64,000 nt of DNA, from the NCBI RefSeq assembly GCF_964204645.1, contig NW_027437446.1, positions 49,090 through 113,089 of the forward strand, in the 5' to 3' direction. The DNA comes from Tubulanus polymorphus. Taxonomy: Eukaryota > Animalia > Nemertea. A program made the position numbers and the translations under genes. Positions 11,201 to 26,100 of this stretch are shown piece after piece; position 1 is the first letter of the stretch, and each line of letters begins with the position of its first letter. The notes under the pieces were generated by a model that worked only from the letters and a program-made list of their open reading frames with translations, searched no databases and was not told the DNA's origin.

Positions 11201-14200
11201 CAAAAGCGCTCGAATCGACGGGAAAAGTACATTTCGACCTAAAAACGTCGTTCAGCGCGAGAAAAGACGTTTTCTCATCAAATTCTCCCCGTATCCGAAA
11301 AACGAAAATGTCGATGCGTAAAGGCGCTCAAATCGACGGGAAAAGCACATTTCGACCCGAAAACGTCGTTCAGCGCGAGAAAAGACGTTTTCTCATCAAA
11401 TTCTCCCCGTATCGGAAAAACTAAAATGTCGATGCGCAAAAGTACTCAAATCGACGGGAAAAGCACATTTCTACCCGAAAACTTCGTTCAGCGCGAGAAA
11501 AGACGTTTTCTCATCAAATTCTCCCCGTATCGGAAAAACGAAAATGTCGATGCGCAAAAGAGCTCAAATCGAAGGGAAAAGCACATTTCGACCCGAAAAC
11601 GTCGTTCAGCGCGAGAAAAGAAGTTTTCTCATCAAATTCTCCCCGTATCGGAAAAACGAAAATGTCGATACGCAAAAGCGCTCAAATCGACGGGAAAAGC
11701 ACATTTCGACCCGAAAACGTCGTACAGCCCGAGAAAAGACGTTTTCTCATCAAATTCTCCCCTTATCGGAAAACGAAAATGTCGATGCGCAAAAGCGCTC
11801 GAATCGACGGGAAAAGCACATTTCGACCCGAAAACGTCGTTCAGCGCGAGAAAAGACGTTTTCTCATCAAATTCTCCCCGTATCCGAAAAACGAATATGT
11901 CGATGCGCAAAAGCGCTCGAATCGACGGGAAAAGCACATTTCGACCCGAAAACGTCGTTCAGCGCGAGAAAAGACGTTTTCTCATCAAATTCTCCCCGTA
12001 TCCGAAAAACGAATATGTCGATGCGCAAAAGCGCTCGAATCGACGGGAAAAGCACATTTCGACCCGAAAACGTCGTTCAGCGCGAGAAAAGACGTTTTCT
12101 CATCAAATTCTCCCCGTATCCGAAAAACTAAAATGTCGATGCGCAAAAGTACTCAAATCGACGGGAAAAGCACATTTCTACCCGAAAACGTCGTTCAGCG
12201 CGAGAAAAGACCTTTTCTCATCAAATTCTCCCCGTATCGGAAAAACGAAAATGTCGATACGCAAAAGCGCTCAAATCGACGGGAAAAGCACATTTCGACC
12301 CGAAAACGTCGTTCAGCCCGAGAAAAGACGTTTTCTCATCAAATTCTCCCCTTATCGGAAAACGAAAATGTCGATGCGCAAAAGCGCTCGAATCGACGGG
12401 AAAAGCACATTTCGACCCGAAAACGTCGTTCAGCCCGAGAAAAGACGTTTTCTCATCAAATTCTCCCCTTATCGGAAAACGAAAATGTCGATGCGCAAAA
12501 GCGCTCGAATCGACGGGAAAAGCACATTTCGACCCGAAAACGTCGTTCAGCGCGAGAAAAGACGTTTTCTCATCAAATTCTCCCCGTATCGGAAAAACGA
12601 AAATGTCGATGCGCAAAAGTACTCAAATCGACGGGAAAAGCACATTTCTACCCGAAAACTTCGTTCAGCGCGAGAAAAGACGTTTTCTCATCAAATTCTC
12701 CCCGTATCGGAAAAACGAAAATGTCGATGCGCAAAAGAGCTCAAATCGAAGGGAAAAGCACATTTCGACCCGAAAACGTCGTTCAGCGCGAGAAAAGAAG
12801 TTTTCTCATCAAATTCTCCCCGTATCGGAAAAACGAAAATATCGATACGCAAAAGCGCTCAAATCGACGGGAAAAGCACATTCCGACCCGAAAACGTCGT
12901 ACAGCCCGAGAAAAGACGTTTTCTCATCAAATTCTCCCCTTATCGGAAAACGAAAATGTCGATGCGCCAAAAGCGCTCGAATCGACGGGAAAAGCACATT
13001 TCGACCCGAAAACGTCGTTCAGCGCGAGAAAAGACGTTTTCTCATCAAATTCTCCCCGTATCCGAAAAACGAATATGTCGATGCGCAAAAGCGCTCGAAT
13101 CGACGGGAAAAGCACATTTCGACCCGAAAACGTCGTTCAGCGCGAGAAAAGACGTTTTCTCATCAAATTCTCCCCGTATCCGAAAAACGAAAATGTCGAT
13201 GCGCAAAAGTACTCAAATCGACGGGAAAAGCACATTTCTACCCGAAAACGTTCAGCGCGAGAAAAGACGTTTTCTCATCAAATTCTCCCCGTATCGGAAA
13301 AACGAAAATGTCGATGCGCAAAAGTACTCAAATCGACGGGAAAAGTACATTTCTACCCGAAAACTTCGTTCAGCGCGAGAAAAGACGTTTTCTCATCAAA
13401 TTCCCCCCGTATCGGAAGAACGAAAATGTCGATGCGCAAAAGCGCTCAAATCGAAGGGAAAAGCACATTTCGACCCGAAAACGTCGTTCAGCGCGAGAAA
13501 AGAAGTTTTCTCATCAAATTCACCCCGTATCGGAAAAACGAAAATGTCGATACGCAAAAGCGCTCAAATCGACGGGAAAAGCACATTTCGACCCGAAAAC
13601 GTCGTTCAGCCCGAGAAAAGACGTTTTCTCATCAAATTCTCCCCTTATCGGAAAACGAAAATGTCGATGCGCAAAAGCGCTCAAATCGACGGGAAAAGCA
13701 CAATTCGTCCCGAATACGTCGTTCAGCGCGAGAAAAGACGTTTTCTCATCAAATTCTCCCCGTATCGGAAAAACGAAAATGTCGATGCGCAAATGCGCTC
13801 AAATCGACCGGAAAAGCACATTTCGACCCGAAAACGTCGTTCAGCGCGAGAAAAGACGTTTTCTCATCAAATTCTCCCCTTATCGGAAAAACGAAAATGT
13901 CGATGCGCAAAAGCGCTCAAATCGACGGGAAAAGCACATTTCGACCCGAAAACGTCGTTCAGCGCGAGAAAAGACGTTTTCTCATCAAATTCTCCCCGTA
14001 TCGGAAAAACGAAAATGTCGATGCGCAAAAGCGCTCAAATCGACGGGAAAAGCACATTTCGACCCGAAAACGTCGTTCAGCGCGAGAAAAGACGTTTTCT
14101 CATCAAATTCTCCCCGTATCGGAAAAACGAAAATGTCGATGCGCAAAAGCGCTCAAATCGACGGGAAAAGCACATTTCGACCCGAAAACGTCGTTCAGCC

Positions 14201-17159
14201 CGAGAAAAGACGTTTTCTCATCAAATTCTCCCCTTATCGGAAAACGAAAATGTCGATGCGCAAAAGCGCTCGAATCGACGGGAAAAGCACATTTCGACCC
14301 GAAAACGTCGTTCAGCGCGAGAAAAGACGTTTTCTCATCAAATTCTCCCCGTATCCGAAAAACGAATATGTCGATGCGCAAAAGCGCTCGAATCGACGGG
14401 AAAAGCACATTTCGACCCGAAAACGTCGTTCAGCGCGAGAAAAGACGTTTTCTCATCAAATTCTCCCCGTATCCGAAAAACGAAAATGTCGATGCGCAAA
14501 AGTACTCAAATCGACGGGAAAAGCACATTTCTACCCGAAAACGTCGTTCAGCGCGAGAAAAGACCTTTTCTCATCAAATTCTCCCCGTATCGGAAAAACG
14601 AAAATGTCGATACGCAAAAGCGCTCAAATCGACGGGAAAAGCACATTTCGACCCGAAAACGTCGTTCAGCGCGAGAAAAGACGTTTTCTCATCAAATTCT
14701 CCCCGTATCGGAAAAACGAAAATGTCGATGCGCAAAAGCGCTCGAATCGACGGGAAAAGCACATTTCGACCCGAAAACGTCGTTCAGCGCGAGAAAAGAC
14801 GTTTTCTCATCAAATTCTCCCCGTATCGGAAAAACGAAAATGTCGATGCGCGAAAGCGCTCAAATCGACGGGAAAAGCACATTCCGACCCGAAAACGTCG
14901 TTCAGCCCGAGAAAAGACGTTTTCTCATCAAATTCTCCCCTTATCGGAAAACGAAAATGTCGATGCGCAAAAGCGCTCGAATCGACGGGAAAAGCACATT
15001 TCGACCCGAAAACGTCGTTCAGCGCGAGAAAAGACGTTTTCTCATCAAATTCTCCCCGTATCCGAAAAACGAATATGTCGATGCGCAAAAGCGCTCGAAT
15101 CGACGGGAAAAGCACATTTCTACCCGAAAACGTCGTTCAGCGCGAGAAAAGACGTTTTCTCATCAAATTCTCCCCTTATCGGAAAACGAAAATGTCGATG
15201 CGCAAAAGCGCTCGAATCGACGGGAAAAGCACATTTCGACCCGAAAACGTCGTTCAGCCCGAGAAAAGACGTTTTCTCATCAAATTCTCCCCTTATCGGA
15301 AAACGAAAATGTCGATGCGCAAAAGCGCTCGAATCGACGGGAAAAGCACATTTCGACCCGAAAACGTCGTTCAGCGCGAGAAAAGACGTTTTCTCATCAA
15401 ATTCTCCCCGTATCCGAAAAACGAAAATGCGCTCAAATCGACGGGAAAAGCACATTTCGACCCGAAAACGTCGTTCAGCGCGAGAAAAGACGTTTTCTCA
15501 TCAAAATCTCCCCGTATCCGAAAAACGAAAATGTCGATGCGCAAAAGTACTCAAATCGACCGGAAAAGCACATTTCGACCCGAAAACGTCGTTCAGCGCG
15601 AGAAAAGACGTTTTCTCATCAAATTCTCCCCTTATCGGAAAACGAAAATGTCGATGCGCAAAAGCGCTCAAATCGACGGGAAAAGCACATTTCTACCCGA
15701 AAACGTCGTTCAGCGCGAGAAAAGACGTTTTCTCATCAAATTCTCCCCGTATCGGAAAACGAAAATGTCGATGCGCAAAAGCGCTCGAATCGACGGGAAA
15801 AGCACATTTCGACCCAAAAACGTCGTTCAGCGCGAGAAAAGACGTTTTCTCATCAAATTCTCCCCGTATCCGAAAAACGAAAATGTCGATGCGTAAAGGC
15901 GCTCAAATCGACAGGAAAAGCACATTTCGACCCGAAAACGTCGTTCAGCGCGAGAAAAGACGTTTTCTCATCAAATTCTCCCCGTATCGGAAAAACTAAA
16001 ATGTCGATGCGCAAAAGTACTCAAATCGACGGGAAAAGCACATTTCTACCCGAAAACTTCGTTCAGCGCGAGAAAAGACGTTTTCTCATCAAATTCTCCC
16101 CGTATCGGAAAAACGAAAATGTCGATGCGCAAAAGAGCTCAAATCGAAGGGAAAAGCACATTTCGACCCGAAAACGTCGTTCAGCGCGAGAAAAGAAGTT
16201 TTCTCATCAAATTCTCCCCGTATCGGAAAAACGAAAATGTCGATACGCAAAAGCGCTCAAATCGACGGGAAAAGCACATTTCGACCCGAAAACGTCGTAC
16301 AGCCCGAGAAAAGACGTTTTCTCATCAAATTCTCCCCTTATCGGAAAACGAAAATGTCGATGCGCAAAAGCGCTCGAATCGACGGGAAAAGCACATTTCG
16401 ACCCGAAAACGTCGTTCAGCGCGAGAAAAGACGTTTTCTCATCAAATTCTCCCCTTATCGGAAAACGAAAATGTCGATGCGCAAAAGCGCTCGAATCGAC
16501 GGGAAAAGCACATTTCGACCCGAAAACGTCGTTCAGCGCGAGAAAAGACGTTTTCTCATCAAATTCTCCCCGTATCCGAAAAACGAATATGTCGATGCGC
16601 AAAAGCGCTCGAATCGACGGGAAAAGCACATTTCGACCCGAAAACGTCGTTCAGCGCGAGAAAAGACGTTTTCTCATCAAATTCTCCCCGTATCCGAAAA
16701 ACGAAAATGTCGATGCGCAAAAGTACTCAAATCGACGGGAAAAGCACATTTCTACCCGAAAACGTCGTTCAGCGCGAGAAAAGACCTTTTCTCATCAAAT
16801 TCTCCCCGTATCGGAAAACGAAAATGTCGATACGCAAAAGCGCTCAAATCGACGGGAAAAGCACTTTTCGACCCGAAAACGTCGTTCAGCCAGAGAAAAG
16901 ACGTTTTCTCATCAAATTCTCCCCTTATCGGAAAACGAAAATGTCGATGCGCAAAAGCGCTCGAATCGACGGGAAAAGCACATTTCGACCCGAAAACGTC
17001 GTTCAGCCCGAGAAAAGACGTTTTCTCATCAAATTCTCCCCTTATCGGAAAACGAAAATGTCGATGCGCAAAAGCGCTCGAATCGACGGGAAAAGCACAT
17101 TTCGACCCGAAAACGTCGTTCAGCGCGAGAAAAGACGTTTTCTCATCAAATTCTCCCCG

Positions 17160-20100
17160 TATCGGAAAAACGAAAATGTCGATGCGCAAAAGTACTCAAA
17201 TCGACGGGAAAAGCACATTTCTACCCGAAAACTTCGTTCAGCGCGAGAAAAGACGTTTTCTCATCAAATTCTCCCCGTATCGGAAAAACGAAAATGTCGA
17301 TGCGCAAAAGAGCTCAAATCGAAGGGAAAAGCACATTTCGACCCGAAAACGTCGTTCAGCGCGAGAAAAGAAGTTTTCTCATCAAATTCTCCCCGTATCG
17401 GAAAAACGAAAATATCGATACGCAAAAGCGCTCAAATCGACGGGAAAAGCACATTCCGACCCGAAAACGTCGTACAGCCCGAGAAAAGACGTTTTCTCAT
17501 CAAATTCTCCCCTTATCGGAAAACGAAAATGTCGATGCGCAAAAGCGCTCGAATCGACGGGAAAAGCACATTTCGACCCGAAAACGTCGTTCAGCGCGAG
17601 AAAAGACGTTTTCTCATCAAATTCTCCCCGTATCCGAAAAACGAATATGTCGATGCGCAAAAGCGCTCGAATCGACGGGAAAAGCACATTTCGACCCGAA
17701 AACGTCGTTCAGCGCGAGAAAAGACGTTTTCTCATCAAATTCTCCCCGTATCCGAAAAACGAAAATGTCGATGCGCAAAAGTACTCAAATCGACGGGAAA
17801 AGCACATTTCTACCCGAAAACGTCGTTCAGCGCGAGAAAAGACGTTTTCTCATCAAATTCTCCCCGTATCGGAAAAACGAAAATGTCGATGCGCAAAAGT
17901 ACTCAAATCGACGGGAAAAGCACATTTCTACCCGAAAACGTCGTTCAGCGCGAGAAAAGACGTTTTCTCATCAAATTCTCCCCGTATCCGAAAAACGAAT
18001 ATGTCGATGCGCAAAAGCGCTCGAATCGACGGGAAAAGCACATTTCGACCCGAAAACGTCGTTCAGCGCGAGAAAAGACGTTTTCTCATCAAATTCTCCC
18101 CTTATCGGAAAAACGAAAATGTCGATGCGCAAAAGTGCTCAAATCGACGGGAAAAGCACATTTCTACCCGAAAACGTCGTTCAGCGCGAGAAAAGACGTT
18201 TTCTCATCAAATTCTCCCCGTATCGGAAAACGAAAATGTCGATGCGCAAAAGCGCTCGAATCGACGGGAAAAGCACATTTCGACCCAAAAACGTCGTTCA
18301 GCGCGAGAAAAGACGTTTTCTCATCAAATTCTCCCCGTATCCGAAAAACGAAAATGTCGATGCGTAAAGGCGCTCAAATCGACGGGAAAAGCACATTTCG
18401 ACCCGAAAACGTCGTTCAGCGCGAGAAAAGACGTTTTCTCATCAAATTCTCCCCGTATCGGAAAAACTAAAATGTCGATGCGCAAAAGTACTCAAATCGA
18501 CGGGAAAAGCACATTTCTACCCGAAAACTTCGTTCAGCGCGAGAAAAGACGTTTTCTCATCAAATTCTCCCCGTATCGGAAAAACGAAAATGTCGATGCG
18601 CAAAAGAGCTCAAATCGAAGGGAAAAGCACATTTCGACCCGAAAACGTCGTTCAGCGCGAGAAAAGAAGTTTTCTCATCAAATTCTCCCCGTATCGGAAA
18701 AACGAAAATGTCGATACGCAAAAGCGCTCAAATCGACGGGAAAAGCACATTTCGACTCGAAAACGTCGTACAGCCCGAGAAAAGACGTTTTCTCATCAAA
18801 TTCTCCCCTTATCGGAAAACGAAAATGTCGATGCGCAAAAGCGCTCGAATCGACGGGAAAAGCACATTTCGACCCGAAAACGTCGTTCAGCGCGAGAAAA
18901 GACGTTTTCTCATCAAATTCTCCCCGTATCCGAAAAACGAATATGTCGATGCGCAAAAGCGCTCGAATCGACGGGAAAAGCACATTTCGACCCGAAAACG
19001 TCGTTCAGCGCGAGAAAAGACGTTTTCTCATCAAATTCTCCCCGTATCCGAAAAACGAAAATGTCGATGCGCAAAAGTACTCAAATCGACGGGAAAAGCA
19101 CATTTCTACCCGAAAACGTTCAGCGCGAGAAAAGACGTTTTCTCATCAAATTCTCCCCTTATCGGAAAACGAAAATGTCGATGCGCAAAAGCGCTCGAAT
19201 CGACGGGAAAAGCACATTTCGACCCGAAAACGTCGTTCAGCGCGAGAAAAGACGTTTTCTCATCAAATTCTCCCCGTATCCGAAAAACGAATATGTCGAT
19301 GCGCAAAAGCGCTCGAATCGACGGGAAAAGCACATTTCGACCCGAAAACGTCGTTCAGCGCGAGAAAAGACGTTTTCTCATCAAATTCTCCCCGTATCCG
19401 AAAAACGAAAATGTCGATGCGCAAAAGTACTCAAATCGACGGGAAAAGCACATTTCTACCCGAAAACGTCGTTCAGCGCGAGAAAAGACCTTTTCTCATC
19501 AAATTCTCCCCGTATCGGAAAAACGAAAATGTCGATACGCAAAAGCGCTCAAATCGACGGGAAAAGCACATTTCGACCCGAAAACGTCGTTCAGCGCGAG
19601 AAAAGACGTTTTCTCATCAAATTCCCCCCGTATCGGAAGAACGAAAATGTCGATGCGCAAAAGCGCTCAAATCGAAGGGAACAGCACATTTCGACCCGAA
19701 AACGTCGTTCAGCGCGAGAAAAGAAGTTTTCTCATCAAATTCACCCCGTATCGGAAAAATGAAAATGTCGATACGCAAAAGCGCTCAAATCGACGGGAAA
19801 AGCACATTTCGACCCGAAAACGTCGTTCAGCCCGAGAAAAGACGTTTTCTCATCAAATTCTCCCGTTATCGGAAAACGAAAATGTCGATGCGCAAAAGCG
19901 CTCGAATCGACGGGAAAAGCACATTTCGACCCTAAAACGTCGTTCAGCGCGAGAAAAGACGTTTTCTCATCAAATTCTCCCCGTATCCGAAAAACGAATA
20001 TGTCGATGCGCAAAAGCGCTCGAATCGACGGGAAAAGCACATTTCGACCCGAAAACGTCGTTCAGCGCGAGAAAAGACGTTTTCTCATCAAATTCTCCCC

Positions 20101-23100
20101 GTATCCGAAAAACGAAAATGTCGATGCGCAAAAGTACTCAAATCGACGGGAAAAGCACATTTCTACCCGAAAACGTCGTTCAGCGCGAGAAAAGACGTTT
20201 TCTCATCAAATTCTCCCCGTATCGGAAAAACGAAAATGTCGATGCGCAAAAGCGCTCGAATCGACGGGAAAAGCACATTTCGACCCGAAAACGTCGTTCA
20301 GCCCGAGAAAAGACGTTTTCTCATCAAATTCTCCCCGTATCGGACAAACGAAAATGTCGATGCGCGAAAGCGCTCAAATCGACGGGAAAAGCACATTCCG
20401 ACCCGAAAACGTCGTTCAGCCCGAGAAAAGACGTTTTCTCATCAAATTCTCCCCTTATCGGAAAACGAAAATGTCGATGCGCAAAAGCGCTCGAATCGAC
20501 GGGAAAAGCACATTTCGACCCGAAAACGTCGTTCAGCGCGAGAAAAGACGTTTTCTCATCAAATTCTCCCCGTATCCGAAAAACGAATATGTCGATGCGC
20601 AAAAGCGCTCGAATCGACGGGAAAAGCACATTTCGACCCGAAAACGTCGTTCAGCGCGAGAAAAGACGTTTTCTCATCAAATTCTCCCCGTATCCGAAAA
20701 ACGAAAATGTCGATGCGCAAAAGTACTCAAATCGACGGGAAAAGCACATTTCTACCCGAGAACGTCGTTCAGCGCGAGAAAAGACGTTTTCTCATCAAAT
20801 TCTCCCCTTATCGGAAAACGAAAATGTCGATGCGCAAAAGCGCTCGAATCGACGGGAAAAGCACATTTCGACCCGAAAACGTCGTTCAGCCCGAGAAAAG
20901 ACGTTTTCTCATCAAATTCTCCCCTTATCGGAAAACGAAAATGTCGATGCGCAAAAGCGCTCGAATCGACGGGAAAAGCACATTTCGACCCGAAAACGTC
21001 GTTCAGCGCGAGAAAAGACGTTTTCTCATCAAATTCTCCCCGTATCCGAAAAACGAAAATGCGCTCAAATCGACGGGAAAAGCACATTTCGACCCGAAAA
21101 CGTCGTTCAGCGCGAGAAAAGACGTTTTCTCATCAAAATCTCCCCGTATCCGAAAAACGAAAATGTCGATGCGCAAAAGTACTCAAATCGACCGGAAAAG
21201 CACATTTCGACCCGAAAACGTCGTTCAGCGCGAGAAAAGACGTTTTCTCATCAAATTCTCCCCTTATCGGAAAACGAAAATGTCGATGCGCAAAAGTGCT
21301 CAAATCGACGGGAAAAGCACATTTCTACCCGAAAACGTCGTTCAGCGCGAGAAAAGACGTTTTCTCATCAAATTCTCCCCGTATCGGAAAACGAAAATGT
21401 CGATGCGCAAAAGCGCTCGAATCGACGGGAAAAGCACATTTCGACCCAAAAACGTCGTTCAGCGCGAGAAAAGACGTTTTCTCATCAAATTCTCCCCGTA
21501 TCCGAAAAACGAAAATGTCGATGCGTAAAGGCGCTCAAATCGACGGGAAAAGCACATTTCGACCCGAAAACGTCGTTCAGCGCGAGAAAAGACGTTTTCT
21601 CATCAAATTCTCCCCGTATCGGAAAAACTAAAATGTCGATGCGCAAAAGTACTCAAATCGACGGGAAAAGCACATTTCTAACCGAAAACTTCGTTCAGCG
21701 CGAGAAAAGACGTTTTCTCATCAAATTCTCCCCGTATCGGAAAAACGAAAATGTCGATGCGCAAAAGAGCTCAAATCGAAGGGAAAAGCACATTTCGACC
21801 CGAAAACGTCGTTCAGCGCGAGAAAAGAAGTTTTCTCATCAAATTCTCCCCGTATCGGAAAAACGAAAATGTCGATACGCAAAAGCGCTCAAATCGACGG
21901 GAAAAGCACATTTCGACCCGAAAACGTCGTACAGCCCGAGAAAAGACGTTTTCTCATCAAATTCTCCCCTTATCGGAAAACGAAAATGTCGATGCGCAAA
22001 AGCGCTCGAATCGACGGGAAAAGCACATTTCGACCCGAAAGCGTCGTTCAGCGCGAGAAAAGACGTTTTCTCATCAAATTCTCCCCGTATCCGAAAAACG
22101 AATATGTCGATGCGCAAAAGCGCTCGAATCGACGGGAAAAGCACATTTCGACCCGAAAACGTCGTTCAGCGCGAGAAAAGACGTTTTCTCATCAAATTCT
22201 CCCCGTATCCGAAAAACGAAAATGTCGATGCGCAAAAGTACTCAAATCGACGGGAAAAGCACATTTCTACCCGAAAACGTTCAGCGCGAGAAAAGACGTT
22301 TTCTCATCAAATTCTCCCCTTATCGGAAAACGAAAATGTCGATGCGCAAAAGCGCTCGAATCGACGGGAAAAGCACATTTCGACCCGAAAACGTCGTTCA
22401 GCGCGAGAAAAGACGTTTTCTCATCAAATTCTCCCCGTATCCGAAAAACGAATATGTCGATGCGCAAAAGCGCTCGAATCGACGGGAAAAGCACATTTCG
22501 ACCCGAAAACGTCGTTCAGCGCGAGAAAAGACGTTTTCTCATCAAATTCTCCCCGTATCCGAAAAACGAAAATGTCGATGCGCAAAAGTACTCAAATCGA
22601 CGGGAAAAGCACATTTCTACCCGAAAACGTCGTTCAGCGCGAGAAAAGACCTTTTCTCATCAAATTCTCCCCGTATCGGAAAAACGAAAATGTCGATACG
22701 CAAAAGCGCTCAAATCGACGGGAAAAGCACATTTCGACCCGAAAACGTCGTTCAGCCCGAGAAAAGACGTTTTCTCATCAAATTCTCCCCTTATCGGAAA
22801 ACGAAAATGTCGATGCGCAAAAGCGCTCGAATCGACGGGAAAAGCACATTTCGACCCGAAAACGTCGTTCAGCCCGAGAAAAGACGTTTTCTCATCAAAT
22901 TCTCCCCTTATCGGAAAACGAAAATGTCGATGCGCAAAAGCGCTCGAATCGACGGGAAAAGCACATTTCGACCCGAAAACGTCGTTCAGCGCGAGAAAAG
23001 ACGTTTTCTCATCAAATTCTCCCCTTATCAGAAAAAATGAAATTGTCGATGCGCGAAAGCGCTCAAATCGACGGGAAAAGCACATTTCGACCCGAAAACG

Positions 23101-26100
23101 TCGTTCAGCGCGAGAAAAGAAGTTTTCTTATCAAATTTTCCCCGTATCGGAAAAACGAAAATGTCGATGCGAAAAGCGCTCAAATCGACGGGAAAAGTAC
23201 ATTTCGACCCGAAAACGTCGTTCAGCGCGAGAAAAGACGTTTTCTCATCAAATTCTCCCCGTATCGGAAAAACGAAAATGTCGATGCGCAAAAGTACTCA
23301 AATCGACGGGAAAAGCACATTTCTACCCGAAAACTTCGTTCAGCGCGAGAAAAGACGTTTTCTCATCAAATTCTCCCCGTATCGGAAAAACGAAAATGTC
23401 GATGCGCAAAAGAGCTCAAATCGAAGGGAAAAGCACATTTCGACCCGAAAACGTCGTTCAGCGCGAGAAAAGAAGTTTTCTCATCAAATTCTCCCCGTAT
23501 CGGAAAAACGAAAATATCGATACGCAAAAGCGCTCAAATCGACGGGAAAAGCACATTCCGACCCGAAAACGTCGTACAGCCCGAGAAAAGACGTTTTCTC
23601 ATCAAATTCTCCCCTTATCGGAAAACGAAAATGTCGATGCGCAAAAGCGCTCGAATCGACGGGAAAAGCACATTTCGACCCGAAAACGTCGTTCAGCGCG
23701 AGAAAAGACGTTTTCTCATCAAATTCTCCCCGTATCCGAAAAACGAATATGTCGATGCGCAAAAGCGCTCGAATCGACGGGAAAAGCACATTTCGACCCG
23801 AAAACGTCGTTCAGCGCGAGAAAAGACGTTTTCTCATCAAATTCTCCCCGTATCCGAAAAACGAAAATGTCGATGCGCAAAAGTACTCAAATCGACGGGA
23901 AAAGCACATTTCTACCCGAAAACGTCGTTCAGCGCGAGAAAAGACGTTTTCTCATCAAATTCTCCCCGTATCGGAAAAACGAAAATGTCGATGCGCAAAA
24001 GTACTCAAATCGACGGGAAAAGCACATTTCTACCCGAAAACGTCGTTCAGCGCGAGAAAAGACGTTTTCTCATCAAATTCTCCCCGTATCCGAAAAACGA
24101 ATATGTCGATGCGCAAAAGCGCTCGAATCGACGGGAAAAGCACATTTCGACCCGAAAACGTCGTTCAGCGCGAGAAAAGACGTTTTCTCATCAAATTCTC
24201 CCCTTATCGGAAAACGAAAATGTCGATGCGCAAAAGTGCTCAAATCGACGGGAAAAGCACATTTCTACCCGAAAACGTCGTTCAGCGCGAGAAAAGACGT
24301 TTTCTCATCAAATTCTCCCCGTATCGGAAAACGAAAATGTCGATGCGCAAAAGCGCTCGAATCGACGGGAAAAGCACATTTCGACCCAAAAACGTCGTTC
24401 AGCGCGAGAAAAGACGTTTTCTCATCAAATTCTCCCCGTATCCGAAAAACGAAAATGTCGATGCGTAAAGGCGCTCAAATCGACGGGAAAAGCACATTTC
24501 GACCCGAAAACGTCGTTCAGCGCGAGAAAAGACGTTTTCTCATCAAATTCTCCCCGTATCGGAAAAACTAAAATGTCGATGCGCAAAAGTACTCAAATCG
24601 ACGGGAAAAGCACATTTCTACCCGAAAACTTCGTTCAGCGCGAGAAAAGACGTTTTCTCATCAAATTCTCCCCGTATCGGAAAAACGAAAATGTCGATGC
24701 GCAAAAGAGCTCAAATCGAAGGGAAAAGCACATTTCGACCCGAAAACGTCGTTCAGCGCGAGAAAAGAAGTTTTCTCATCAAATTCTCCCCGTATCGGAA
24801 AAACGAAAATGTCGATACGCAAAAGCGCTCAAATCGACGGGAAAAGCACATTTCGACTCGAAAACGTCGTACAGCCCGAGAAAAGACGTTTTGTCATCAA
24901 ATTCTCCCCTTATCGGAAAACGAAAATGTCGATGCGCAAAAGCGCTCGAATCGACGGGAAAAGCACATTTCGACCCGAAAACGTCGTTCAGCGCGAGAAA
25001 AGACGTTTTCTCATCAAATTCTCCCCGTATCCGAAAAACGAATATGTCGATGCGCAAAAGCGCTCGAATCGACGGGAAAAGCACATTTCGACCCGAAAAC
25101 GTCGTTCAGCGCGAGAAAAGACGTTTTCTCATCAAATTCTCCCCGTATCCGAAAAACGAAAATGTCGATGCGCAAAAGTACTCAAATCGACGGGAAAAGC
25201 ACATTTCTACCCGAAAACGTTCAGCGCGAGAAAAGACGTTTTCTCATCAAATTCTCCCCTTATCGGAAAACGAAAATGTCGATGCGCAAAAGCGCTCGAA
25301 TCGACGGGAAAAGCACATTTCGACCCGAAAACGTCGTTCAGCGCGAGAAAAGACGTTTTCTCATCAAATTCTCCCCGTATCCGAAAAACGAATATGTCGA
25401 TGCGCAAAAGCGCTCGAATCGACGGGAAAAGCACATTTCGACCCGAAAACGTCGTTCAGCGCGAGAAAAGACGTTTTCTCATCAAATTCTCCCCGTATCC
25501 GAAAAACGAAAATGTCGATGCGCAAAAGTACTCAAATCGACGGGAAAAGCACATTTCTACCCGAAAACGTCGTTCAGCGCGAGAAAAGACCTTTTCTCAT
25601 CAAATTCTCCCCGTATCGGAAAAACGAAAATGTCGATACGCAAAAGCGCTCAAATCGACGGGAAAAGCACATTTCGACCCGAAAACGTCGTTCAGCGCGA
25701 GAAAAGACGTTTTCTCATCAAATTCCCCCCGTATCGGAAGAACGAAAATGTCGATGCGCAAAAGCGCTCAAATCGAAGGGAACAGCACATTTCGACCCGA
25801 AAACGTCGTTCAGCGCGAGAAAAGAAGTTTTCTCATCAAATTCACCCCGTATCGGAAAAATGAAAATGTCGATACGCAAAAGCGCTCAAATCGACGGGAA
25901 AAGCACATTTCGACCCGAAAACGTCGTTCAGCCCGAGAAAAGACGTTTTCTCATCAAATTCTCGACCCTAAAACGTCGTTCAGCGCGAGAAAAGACGTTT
26001 TCTCATCAAATTCTCCCCGTATCCGAAAAACGAATATGTCGATGCGCAAAAGCGCTCGAATCGACGGGAAAAGCACATTTCGACCCGAAAACGTCGTTCA

